From contig JBMNRF010000012.1 of the NCBI GenBank assembly GCA_050944495.1, positions 1,263 through 65,262 of the forward strand: a stretch of DNA of 64,000 nt, read 5' to 3'. The notes beneath the pieces were generated by a model that did no database searches, was not told the DNA's origin, and worked only from the letters and a program-made list of their open reading frames with translations. The stretch is from Marvinbryantia sp. (lineage in GTDB: Bacteria > Bacillota > Clostridia > Lachnospirales > Lachnospiraceae). Shown here piece after piece: positions 27,471 to 36,144 of this stretch. A program made the position numbers and the translations under genes. Numbering within the stretch: position 1 is the first letter of the stretch; each line of letters starts with the position of its first letter.

Positions 27471-28142
27471 ATGGAAGCAATCTTAACAGCCACAGGCTTA
27501 AAGAAATATTATGGAAAAGGTGAAACACAGGTGCGTGCGTTAGACGGTGTGGACTTAGAGATTGAGCGGGGAAAATTTACTGCGATCATCGGAACTTCAG
27601 GTTCCGGAAAATCCACACTTTTAAATATGCTGGGAGGACTTGATACGCCCACAGAGGGAAGTATCTGTATTGGAAATACAGATCTTGCCAGGCTTGGAAG
27701 TGAGCAGGCAACGATTTTCCGTAGAAAACAGATTGGATTTATTTTCCAGAATTATAATCTGGTTCCGGTATTAAGCGTATGGGAAAATATTATTTTTCCT
27801 ATCTCACTGGACGGAAGAAAACCGGATAAGAGATTTATCATGGAAGTGGTGAAGCTTCTAGGGCTGGAAAAGAAACTGGATTCCCTTCCCAATAACCTTT
27901 CCGGTGGGCAGCAGCAGAGAGTGGCCATTGCCAGGGCACTGGCAAGTAAGCCTTCGATTATTCTGGCAGATGAACCTACCGGGAATCTGGACAGTAAAAC
28001 CAGTGATGATGTGATCGGGCTTTTGAAAATGACCAGCCGGGAATTTCATCAAACCATTGTGATGATTACCCACAATCCGGAGATTGCGCAAATGGCAGAT
28101 CGGATCATTCGTATTGAAGACGGAAAAATAGTAGAACAGTAA
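27471..28142 (+). CDS. ABC transporter ATP-binding protein (paralogue of 23397-24062)
   Basis: 223 aa. Walker A GTSGSGKST, signature LSGGQQQRVAIARA, Walker B IILADEPTGNLD. Aligns along its whole length with the upstream ATPase. Confidence 0.9.
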   Translation: MEAILTATGLKKYYGKGETQVRALDGVDLEIERGKFTAIIGTSGSGKSTLLNMLGGLDTPTEGSICIGNTDLARLGSEQATIFRRKQIGFIFQNYNLVPVLSVWENIIFPISLDGRKPDKRFIMEVVKLLGLEKKLDSLPNNLSGGQQQRVAIARALASKPSIILADEPTGNLDSKTSDDVIGLLKMTSREFHQTIVMITHNPEIAQMADRIIRIEDGKIVEQ

Positions 28143-28160
28143 GCAGGAAGGGCAGCAGAT

Positions 28161-30737
28161 ATGAGTAAACAAAGTAGAAGCAGAAAAAAATTTGAGCCGG
28201 TTCGTGTATTAAATCAGCGGCTTTTTCAGAAAAACAAAGGCAGAAATCTGGTGGCGGTGCTGGCAATTTTGATGACCACCGTGATGTTTACAGCTTTATT
28301 TACTCTGGCACAGAGTATGAGTGAAAATCTGGTGGAGATGACCTTCCGTCAGACAGGATATGATGCACAGGTTTCTTTCAAATCTATTACGTCAGAACAG
28401 GCTGAAATGCTGACAAACCATCCAGATGTTAAAGAAGTTGGGGAAAGCACGGTTTTGGGGCTCGCGGAAAACAAAGTACTTTCCGGTAAACAGGTAGAAA
28501 TCCGCTGGGCAGATGAAAGTTATGCTTCCCATTCTTTTTGTATGCCTACCACCGGACATCTGCCGGAGAAGGAAAATGAGGCAGCACTGGATACCTTAAC
28601 CTTAAAACGCCTTGGTGTGGAACCGAAGCTTGGAGAGACGGTTACTCTGGAATGGAGAAAGGATCTGTCTGATCCGGATGCAGAAACGATTTTTTCCACG
28701 TTTACGTTGAGCGGTTTCTGGGAAGGGAATGAATCGGTATATGCCAGCATGGCATGGGTATCAAAACCTTATGTGGATACCATGTTGGAAAGCGGAGCAG
28801 AAAGTGTAACAGATGGAAATGTTTTCGGAATGCATATGGCCCAGGTTACGCTGCATAATGACCGAAAGATTGAAAACACTATGGAGCAGGTGCTTTCCGA
28901 TACCGGGCTTACAGATTTGGAATATCATGTGAATTTGGCTTATTCACCGGAGATGGGCGCTACAGCGCTTCAGGAAACCCTGCCCATGTATCTCGGTATG
29001 GTTTTGGTGTTTATCGCAGGCTATCTCATTATTTACAATATTTTTCAGATCAGCGTAACGGCAGACGTCCAGTTCTACGGCAAGCTGAAAACACTGGGAA
29101 TGACCACGAAACAGATTAAAAAACTGATCTTCGGACAATCCAACCTTTTGTGCTTTATCGGCATTCCGGCAGGTCTCATTCTTGGATGGCTTCTTGGCAT
29201 GGTACTGGTTCCTGCTTTTACCGGAATTATAGAAGGAAAGAACCGCGTATCGGTAAGTCCGCTTATTTTTATCGGATCAGCAGTCTTTGCATGGCTTACG
29301 GTACTGATTTCCTGTTTGCGTCCGGCAAGACTGGCAGGAAAGGTCTCTCCGGTAGAAGCACTTCGCATGAATGATGCAGATGGTAAAAGTAAAAAAACAA
29401 GAAGAAAAAAGGAGCAAACTTCTCTTGCAAGCATGGCATGGGCAAATCTGGGGCGGAATAAAAAAAGGACGATTACCGTGATTTGTTCCCTGACACTGGG
29501 CATGGTGCTTCTGAGCTGTTTTTATGCAAAAAATGCAGCCTTTGATATGGAGAAGTATCTGGCAAATCTGACTATTGCGGATTTTGAACTTTCCGATGTA
29601 ACCAGCGAAGATTATATCGGAGGATACGATCCAATGGGAGATACCTTAAATGAAATGTTAGTGAAAAACGTAGAAGCCTTTGAAGGTGTGGAATCTACAG
29701 GACATCAGTATTCCGCACAGTTTATCTGGAAGATGGATGAGCAGACTGTAAAAAATCTCCAAGGCTTCTATACAGAAGAAATGCTTGCAGATTGGAGTAC
29801 CTACGACCCCTCGGGAGCGGAAGCGTTCCACAAGGCAATAGAGACTGGGGAAATGAGCGCTGTAATATTTGGTATGGATGGAATACCACTTGAGGCGGCC
29901 ACGGAGGAAGCGTATATCATGGACGGCGCTTTTGATACGGAAGCCTTTGCCAGTGGGAAATACGTTCTGGCAGTGGGACCTGCCATAGAGCAGGGAGAGA
30001 TTTATCCATCACTTCCGGCTCCGTCAGTGGGAAGTACCATAGAACTTGAGGGAAAATCTTATGAGGTGATGGCAGTGGTATATCCTCTGATGCCTATAGA
30101 TGACGGAGCAGCGGAAATGGGAGCACCTTCCTCTATGGAAATGCATTTTATCCTTCCAACAGATGCTTTTCGGGCACAGTGGCCGGAGAATACGCTGCGA
30201 AGATTGTTTGTGAATGTAGAGGATTCACATATGAGTGGAATGCAGGAATGGCTGAATACTTATATTGAGGAAGAGGACAGCAGCCTTCCGGTGACATCCC
30301 GCAGATCCATGACAGAACAGTATAAGAGAGAAACACGTTCTTCTGCAGTCATGGGAAATGCCATAAGCATCATCATTGCTCTGGTAGGAGTTCTGAATTT
30401 TATCAATTCCATGGTGACGGCCATCGTGTCACGAAGACGGGAATTTGCTATGATCCAAAGTGTAGGTATGACAAAAAAGCAGCTTTGCCGGATGCTGGTC
30501 TATGAAGGACTGTACTATGCTGCCATTACTCTGACAGTTTCCTATGTGATTAGTGCAGCTGCAGTGGGTATAGGAATCCGTGCAATGGTAGAAGGAGGAT
30601 TTACTACATTCCATTTCACTCTGTTGCCTCTTATCATCTGTACTCCGATTTTACTGATATTTGCAGTATTGATTCCATATCTGTGTTTTAAGAACCTGGA
30701 AAAGCAAAGCATTGTGGAAAGGCTTCGTATGGAGTGA
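28161..30737 (+). CDS. ABC transporter permease with two FtsX domains (paralogue of 24077-26617)
   Basis: 858 aa. FtsX loops LKTLGMTTKQIKKLI and IQSVGMTKKQLCRML. Same architecture as the upstream permease. Confidence 0.85.
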   Translation: MSKQSRSRKKFEPVRVLNQRLFQKNKGRNLVAVLAILMTTVMFTALFTLAQSMSENLVEMTFRQTGYDAQVSFKSITSEQAEMLTNHPDVKEVGESTVLGLAENKVLSGKQVEIRWADESYASHSFCMPTTGHLPEKENEAALDTLTLKRLGVEPKLGETVTLEWRKDLSDPDAETIFSTFTLSGFWEGNESVYASMAWVSKPYVDTMLESGAESVTDGNVFGMHMAQVTLHNDRKIENTMEQVLSDTGLTDLEYHVNLAYSPEMGATALQETLPMYLGMVLVFIAGYLIIYNIFQISVTADVQFYGKLKTLGMTTKQIKKLIFGQSNLLCFIGIPAGLILGWLLGMVLVPAFTGIIEGKNRVSVSPLIFIGSAVFAWLTVLISCLRPARLAGKVSPVEALRMNDADGKSKKTRRKKEQTSLASMAWANLGRNKKRTITVICSLTLGMVLLSCFYAKNAAFDMEKYLANLTIADFELSDVTSEDYIGGYDPMGDTLNEMLVKNVEAFEGVESTGHQYSAQFIWKMDEQTVKNLQGFYTEEMLADWSTYDPSGAEAFHKAIETGEMSAVIFGMDGIPLEAATEEAYIMDGAFDTEAFASGKYVLAVGPAIEQGEIYPSLPAPSVGSTIELEGKSYEVMAVVYPLMPIDDGAAEMGAPSSMEMHFILPTDAFRAQWPENTLRRLFVNVEDSHMSGMQEWLNTYIEEEDSSLPVTSRRSMTEQYKRETRSSAVMGNAISIIIALVGVLNFINSMVTAIVSRRREFAMIQSVGMTKKQLCRMLVYEGLYYAAITLTVSYVISAAAVGIGIRAMVEGGFTTFHFTLLPLIICTPILLIFAVLIPYLCFKNLEKQSIVERLRME

Positions 30738-30743
30738 TCTTGC

Positions 30744-30774
30744 AACCGCCTGAACAAATGACATTCAGGCGGTT
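30744..30774 (+). terminator. hairpin terminator after the second exporter
   Basis: AACCGCCTGAA (30744-30754) pairs with TTCAGGCGGTT (30764-30774), an 11-bp perfect stem. The T-tract is weak. Confidence 0.6.
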
Positions 30775-31081
30775 TGTAATAAGGGATTTAGGAAACAGTA
30801 TGGGGAAATTTTCAGAAACGTTTATTGGGGAGAATGAAGAACGAACCCGCCGCTTTGTTAGTTCCGGAAACGCAAAAATTGTTTATCAGTTTTGTCAGGG
30901 GCAGAGAAAAATGGGAGAGTGTACGGCGTCTTCTCCCGGCAGAGCTAATGGAAGAAGCATCTGATGCGACATTTTATCCTTAAAATCAAAGTTGCTACTA
31001 CTTCGAATACGTGAGGTGGATTTACCTTTTGCATTACTAAAAAAGAAACACAAAAAAGTTTGTTACTGGAAGAATTTCGTG

Positions 31082-31110
31082 TTGCACCGCGCGAAAGCAC
31101 TAGCTATAAT
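31082..31110 (+). promoter_or_regulatory. promoter candidate for the AgrC/AgrA-like pair
   Basis: TTGCAC (31082-31087), 17-nt spacer, TATAAT (31105-31110). Confidence 0.5.
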
Positions 31111-31146
31111 AGAGTTTGGATATTTTATAAGCAGGAGGATTTTATT

Positions 31147-32520
31147 ATGCCACTCTCGTTTCGACTGTTTTCAGTCGGATTTTCTTTTGTATGTTTCGGA
31201 ATTGGGTTATATGCCCTGGCATCCGGAATTTTAGGAAAAAAGATAAAGCTGGTTCCGTGCCTGATTTATACAGTTTACTATCTGTTGGCAAATGCAATGA
31301 TATATGCAGTGATAGTTATATTGGATGTAACGATGGGGGTATATCGGCATGTAAATATTATCAATTTACTAAATGGCACGTTAGGGAATCTGTTGCATGC
31401 CGTGGTATTGGCACTTGTATTGCGCCGATGTTTTGGCACTGATTTCTGGCAGGGATTAGCCGCAGCATTTTTAGGAAACTTTATTGCGTATACAGCAAAT
31501 TCCGTCCTGATGGAAGTGACGTCTTACTACAGCCCGACATTCGGCGGTATGTATCTGTATACGTTTATCACAATCTATATTCCGTACCTTGCAGTGTTAC
31601 TGACAGCTGCGATTGTGGTACCGATTTTGAGAAAAAGTAGTTTTTATCGGTACTTTTCCCATTTGTTTTCCAAAAAAACGTGGGCAATTGGAACTTTATT
31701 GTTCAGCTTTGTACTGATGTGTATCTGGCAGGTATTGAATTGGATGTATCCTGATACGACGCCGGGGATAGGTTATAATATTTTCTTTTTTGCTCTCATT
31801 GTAGCAGCTTTATTCTGGGTACAGTTTCTGGCAATGTATGCAGCAGGACAGGATAAGATCCGGGCACAGGAAGAAACGATTGCACAGCATCAGGCGCATA
31901 TGGCACTTTTGGAAGAATTGCAGCAGGAGATACGTGCATTCCGCCATGATTTTACAAATCTGTTTTCCGGTCTTACCTTACAGGCACAGGAAGGTGATCT
32001 TGCAGGGATTCAGGATTTTATGAGAAAGACCAGCAGCTATTTTGATGAAAAGCTGGGACAGGAAATCCAGCAGATGGATGGACTGAATAATATCGGGCTT
32101 TATCCGCTGCGCTCTTTGCTGACTACAAAGTTGGCAGATATGCGAAAAAAAGGAATACATTCCGTACTTGAGGTACTCTATCCGGTTGACACCAAAGTGG
32201 TAATGGAAACGGAAGATCTGCTACGGGGATTGGGGATTTTGATTGATAATGCGATTGAGGCAGTGCCGCAGACGGACGGAACCGTGCGGATTGTCCTTCT
32301 TCAGGAAGAAACGGAATTGTATATTGCAGTTTCTAATAATTACGAAAAAACACCGGAGTTATCTGCACTTTCCCGGAAAGGCTATACGACAAAAGGAAAT
32401 GGTCATGGCACAGGGCTTACCAGTTATCGTCGCATCGTATCCCGATGCAGAGGCTGTGTCACAAGAACCTACTTAAAAGACGGATATTTTGTGCAGGAAT
32501 TGCGACTTCCGGCAGCATAG
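31147..32520 (+). CDS. AgrC/ComD-type (HPK10, GHKL) sensor histidine kinase
   Basis: ATG 31147 follows AGGAGGA. About 6-7 N-terminal TM helices. H-box IRAFRHDFTNLFSGL. The ATPase part is ILIDNAIEA...NGHGTGLTSY. Confidence 0.85.
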   Translation: MPLSFRLFSVGFSFVCFGIGLYALASGILGKKIKLVPCLIYTVYYLLANAMIYAVIVILDVTMGVYRHVNIINLLNGTLGNLLHAVVLALVLRRCFGTDFWQGLAAAFLGNFIAYTANSVLMEVTSYYSPTFGGMYLYTFITIYIPYLAVLLTAAIVVPILRKSSFYRYFSHLFSKKTWAIGTLLFSFVLMCIWQVLNWMYPDTTPGIGYNIFFFALIVAALFWVQFLAMYAAGQDKIRAQEETIAQHQAHMALLEELQQEIRAFRHDFTNLFSGLTLQAQEGDLAGIQDFMRKTSSYFDEKLGQEIQQMDGLNNIGLYPLRSLLTTKLADMRKKGIHSVLEVLYPVDTKVVMETEDLLRGLGILIDNAIEAVPQTDGTVRIVLLQEETELYIAVSNNYEKTPELSALSRKGYTTKGNGHGTGLTSYRRIVSRCRGCVTRTYLKDGYFVQELRLPAA

Positions 32521-32532
32521 GAGAGAAGAGGA

Positions 32533-33285
32533 ATGATTCCAATTTACATATGTGATGATGAAAAACTCATCAGTGACAGACTGGAACATATTATTTCAAA
32601 CCAGATCACTATACTAAATGGGGATATGGGTCCTGTCCGCGCGGCAGATACACCTGAAAAATTATTAGACCTTCAAAGGAAGGATACGATACCGGCGGTA
32701 TATTTTCTTGATATTGATTTTCCGGGAAGGATGAGCGGACTGGAACTGGCACAGAAGTTAAGGCTTCACGATCCGAGAGGCTTTATCATATTTATCACGG
32801 CGCATGACGATTTGGCATTTGAAACCTTGCGGTTACGGCTGGAAGCATTGGACTATATTGTGAAAGGTGATTATGATGCGATGGCGGTTCGGGTCAGAGC
32901 GTGTCTGACAAGTATTCAGGAGCGTCTGACCTGCGAACGGCCGAAGAATGGAAGATACTGTACAATTCGGTTGTTTGACACTATCCGCCATATTCCGGTA
33001 GACACCATTCTTTATTTTGAAGCCCTGGGATTTAAGCACACACTTTGTCTGCATCTGGATAATGAACTGCTGGAATTTAACAGCAGTCTGGAACATTTCG
33101 CAGAAGAGATGGGTGAAGATTTTTGGCGTTGTCACAGAGGTTTTCTGGTAAACCGTAATCGCATTCGGACAGTAGATCTGAAACGCCAGGCTGTTATTTT
33201 GGACAATGGTGAGGAATGTCCTTTGTCCAGAAGAGCCAAAACTGAGTATAACACCCGGAAAAAACAAAATGTAAAAGAAAAATAA
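32533..33285 (+). CDS. LytTR-family response regulator (AgrA-like)
   Basis: 250 aa. Receiver domain (IYICDDE, FLDIDFPG) plus a C-terminal LytTR DNA-binding domain (ILYFEALGFKHTLCLHLDNELLEF...FWRCHRGFLVNRNRI). Confidence 0.9.
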   Translation: MIPIYICDDEKLISDRLEHIISNQITILNGDMGPVRAADTPEKLLDLQRKDTIPAVYFLDIDFPGRMSGLELAQKLRLHDPRGFIIFITAHDDLAFETLRLRLEALDYIVKGDYDAMAVRVRACLTSIQERLTCERPKNGRYCTIRLFDTIRHIPVDTILYFEALGFKHTLCLHLDNELLEFNSSLEHFAEEMGEDFWRCHRGFLVNRNRIRTVDLKRQAVILDNGEECPLSRRAKTEYNTRKKQNVKEK

Positions 33286-33394
33286 TACCGTTCGTGAAAC
33301 CAAACGGGCAATTTGCGTAAAAAATGAACAATAGGACCTTCCGTTTGTTATAGTTATCTCAAGAAAACAAAAACAACGACGGGAGGTCATTTTT

Positions 33395-33667
33395 ATGAAA
33401 ACAAAATCTATCTTATCAAATCACATGGTAATGCTACCAGCCATTTTTATCGCTTTTGCAGGCTATTTTCTTTCGATGTACAGGGGAAATGCCAACCTCG
33501 CATCTAATTATTCTTTGCTGATTATAGCTGCCAATTGCCTGTATTTGGAAAATCCCATTTTTGGCGGTAAAACACCAGAAAACAAAGCATTCAAACTGCT
33601 GGCACATGTTGACGGTCTTTTACTGATTGTCTGGTTTGTAGCTATTGTTGTGCAACTCTTTTTATAA
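33395..33667 (+). CDS. small hypothetical membrane protein (3 TM)
   Basis: 90 aa. RBS GGGAGG lies 7 nt upstream. Confidence 0.55.
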   Translation: MKTKSILSNHMVMLPAIFIAFAGYFLSMYRGNANLASNYSLLIIAANCLYLENPIFGGKTPENKAFKLLAHVDGLLLIVWFVAIVVQLFL

Positions 33668-33677
33668 GAAAAACGAT

Positions 33678-33971
33678 ATGCGAAAATGGATGTGGATGCA
33701 GGTAAAAAGATTACTCTTTGCGCTGCCATTGATGCTTTGGGTCTTTGGGTTATATCAAAGCTATTTGCTTCCGCATAGAATGGAACAGTGCATACAGGGA
33801 ATTGAATTTGCGGTGATTCTTATAGCCATAATTATCGTATGCGGGATTCTGCATGAAATGTGTTATCCCCAATTAGGAATAACATCAGCGTTCTGGCGGG
33901 CGGCGGCAGTCAAAAAATATATGTGGTTTTGTTTAAGAACCTCCCCGGCGGGGCGGCAGGTCATGCCGTGA
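33678..33971 (+). CDS. small membrane protein whose 3' end runs into foreign GC-rich DNA (probably truncated or chimeric)
   Basis: ATG 33678 opens two TM helices. From about 33,895 the sequence composition switches to GC-rich and the tail (AAAVKKYMWFCLRTSPAGRQVMP) is non-membrane-like. Confidence 0.4.
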   Translation: MRKWMWMQVKRLLFALPLMLWVFGLYQSYLLPHRMEQCIQGIEFAVILIAIIIVCGILHEMCYPQLGITSAFWRAAAVKKYMWFCLRTSPAGRQVMP

Positions 33972-34482
33972 CCTGCTCCACCTCCGGGATGGGTTTGAGA
34001 TTGAAATGAATTTCGATAGAAATGTGTCTTGTTTTGTCACTGTCTATGGTTTTATGGACAACGATTTCTTTAATCAGGCGGTTTAAGGTGGCTGCGTCCA
34101 GCTCCGTGATGTCCCGGTATTCCTGAATGGATTCCACCTACTGGCAGGCGTCCACGGCAAGCCGGATTTCATCGGCAAGGCGTTTCCTGCCGTCCTCGAC
34201 TTTCGCCCTTAGCTCCGCCTGTTCCTTCTGCGTTTTGGAAAGCAGGAGATTGAAGTTTACGTCCGTAATGCGCTCGGCAACCATATCCTCATAGAGCCGC
34301 AGCACCATTTTTTCCAGCACTTCAATCCGTTCCTCGTCCTTTGTTAAGGAGCGTTCCAGTGCTTCCCGCTGGTCTTTCTGCTCGTTCTGGCAGGTGTCAG
34401 TCAGTCGGTCAGCTACCGCTTCGTCGTCCATCAGGGCAGCGGCGGCACATTCCCGGATTTTGTTCAGCACAAGGGCGTAAAC
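33961..34482 (-). pseudogene. C-terminal part of a large serine recombinase (DUF4368-like tail), fused in frame to the relaxase remnant
   Basis: Reads ...LEKMVLRLYEDMVAERITDVNFNLLLSKTQKEQAELRAKVEDGRKRL...ACQ[TAG]VESIQEYRDITELDAATLNRLIKEIVVHKTIDSDKTRHISIEIHFNL...*. The in-frame TAG is at 34138-34140. Confidence 0.6.
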
Positions 34483-35030
34483 CATGTGGACGGTGGGGAT
34501 TTTGTCAATGCCCTGCCGGGCATAGGAGCGCAGGTCAAGGGGTTCTTTGCAGCCGACGGCTTCCAGATAGCGGGTTGCCGTGTCCGCCCATCCCTGCCGC
34601 CAGATTTCACAATACTTCTGGTCGTTCCAGTCCACGGTGTTCTCCTTGTGGCTTTTCTATCTGCCGGACGGGATCCCGATTCTCTCGCCGTTCTCGTCAA
34701 GGTCATACACCTTGCGGGATTTCGGAAGAAATTTCCCGTTTTCATCCATCGCCCGCATGGTTAAGAGAATGTGGGCGTGTGGGTTGCCGTCCCCCTTGTC
34801 ATGGATGGAAAAGTCAACAATCATGCCTTTGGAAACAAAAAACTCCCTGCAATAGTCCCGGATCAGGTCGGCGTACTGTTCCGGGGGGGAGTTCCCTCGG
34901 AATGGCAAGCACTATCCTCCGGGCAAGCTGGGAGTTCCATTGTTTTTCTACCGCTTCGGCGGCGTTCCATAGGGTGTTGCGGTCTGCGTACTCCGGCGGC
35001 GCATGGGGCGGCTCAACAAACTGGTATGTG
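34483..35030 (-). pseudogene. MobA/MobL-family relaxase remnant
   Basis: Reads ...PPEYADRNTLWNAAEAVEKQWNSQLARRIVLAIPRELPP / EQYADLIRDYCREFFVSKGMIVDFSIHDKGDGNPHAHILLTMRAMDENGKF...SGR[TAG]KSHKENTVDWNDQKYCEIWRQGWADTATRYLE...RSYARQGIDKIPTVH. Lesions are a frameshift in the G7 run at 34883-34889, an in-frame TAG at 34657-34659, a 5' end cut at 35030 and a 3' end deleted at about 34482. Confidence 0.75.
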
Positions 35031-35780
35031 TCATTTGATAAATTTCGATGATACACCCTTAAGAATATCATTATATACCGAACTTCCATCAAGAATCGTT
35101 CCAAATGTATCAACCCAAAACGGTATATAGTCACATCTACTTGCTATCATCTGCGAACCAATATTTGTTATAGAAGCAGAATAGAATGGGATAATATTTC
35201 GTGCCAGCAATTCCTTAGTTAAACCTCTCACCAAATACGTTCCCACCCGGGCATTTCTGTATTTTTCCACAACATCTACGCCTATTTCCCATATGCCATT
35301 TACAGGTGATTCTGCCGCACCTGCCACTCCAATAATTCTATTCTTGTCCTTTGCAATATAAACAGCTTTTGTCGATGTAGAACCGTTTTCATCAAATGCT
35401 AAAGAATTTTCAAAACCAGTCAAACCAGCAAGAGATAAAATATCTTTGTCAAAAAAATATTCACACGCAAAATTCAATGATGCTGATACATCCTTTGTAT
35501 ATCTATCATTAGGCACATAATGTATTGTCTGCCCATAAACCAAAGGAAGTTCAAAAATTTCATCTCTATTCTTGCTTTGTACAAGTTCCTGTATTTTATC
35601 ATGCAAATCCTCTGAGGTGCAGACCACAACGCAATTTCTATAGGCTAGTATTTTTATATATGGTTGTTTTGCATTGAAATTAACAGAATATACTGTTGAT
35701 TTTCCATTTAATTCGTCCGAACTACAATAAAATTCCTTTGACAATAATTCTTCAATTTTATTTTTAATAATTACTTCCAT
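35031..35780 (-). CDS. GNAT-family N-acetyltransferase (AT-rich cargo cassette)
   Basis: 249 aa. The C-terminal acetyl-CoA-binding core is RIIGVAGAAESPVNGIWEIGVDVVEKYRNARVGTYLVRGLTKELLARNIIPFY. RBS GGGAGGAGG lies upstream. Composition contrasts with the GC-rich flanks. Confidence 0.7.
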   Translation of the reverse strand: MEVIIKNKIEELLSKEFYCSSDELNGKSTVYSVNFNAKQPYIKILAYRNCVVVCTSEDLHDKIQELVQSKNRDEIFELPLVYGQTIHYVPNDRYTKDVSASLNFACEYFFDKDILSLAGLTGFENSLAFDENGSTSTKAVYIAKDKNRIIGVAGAAESPVNGIWEIGVDVVEKYRNARVGTYLVRGLTKELLARNIIPFYSASITNIGSQMIASRCDYIPFWVDTFGTILDGSSVYNDILKGVSSKFIK

Positions 35781-35886
35781 AGTTACTTTTCGCGCCTACC
35801 TCCTCCCTTTGTCGCTGGCTTTATTGTACTTCATTCACTCAAAGAAGTATAGCGGGATTTTGTAAAAACTTGCTGACTGGGAACAG

Positions 35887-36088
35887 CTTGCAACGCAAGG
35901 TGTTTCCGGGCGGCAAGTCCACTAAAGGGTAGCTGGCGGCAGCCAGCGCAGGGGAAGCTACACTTCCCCTGTGATGATTGGAACAGATTGAAAATCTGTG
36001 GAAATCATCTGCTCCCGGCAAGGGGCTTCTGGCAGGACGCAACGCACCACTTCAAAAGTGGTGTATAGTTGCGCCCTCTTTCAGAGGG
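35887..36088. other. cluster of six perfect hairpins (candidate oriT, single-strand-active structure or structured RNA)
   Basis: The stems are:
- CTTGC/GCAAG, 35887-35899;
- GCTGGC/GCCAGC, 35932-35947;
- GGGGAAG/CTTCCCC, 35951-35969;
- composite GATGATT-gga-ACAGATT-gaa-AATCTGT-gga-AATCATC, 35973-36009;
- CACCACTT/AAGTGGTG, 36045-36063;
- CCCTCT/AGAGGG, 36074-36088. Confidence 0.45.
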
Positions 36089-36144
36089 TAAAGCCCCGGC
36101 TTGCCGCTCTGGAAGCAATCTCCAACCTTTCCGGCGGCCTGCCT

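Noticed and set aside
30734-30964. 76-aa ORF immediately after the second permease
   Set aside because: Its start lies within the terminator hairpin (30744-30774). It has no RBS, no motif, and composition typical of non-coding read-through. A nested 54-codon ORF (MGKFSETF...) is likewise unsupported and does not resemble AgrD.
32833-33390. 185-aa ORF antisense to the LytTR regulator gene
   Set aside because: It is a shadow ORF opposite a confidently assigned gene, with no RBS or motif.
34341-35134. Several 90-236-aa + strand ORFs in the GC-rich block (34341..35051, 34486..34764, 34580..34855, 34771..35130)
   Set aside because: GC-rich DNA keeps frames open. The translations are Arg/Pro/Gly/Ser-rich nonsense, while the minus strand carries clear relaxase and recombinase homology.
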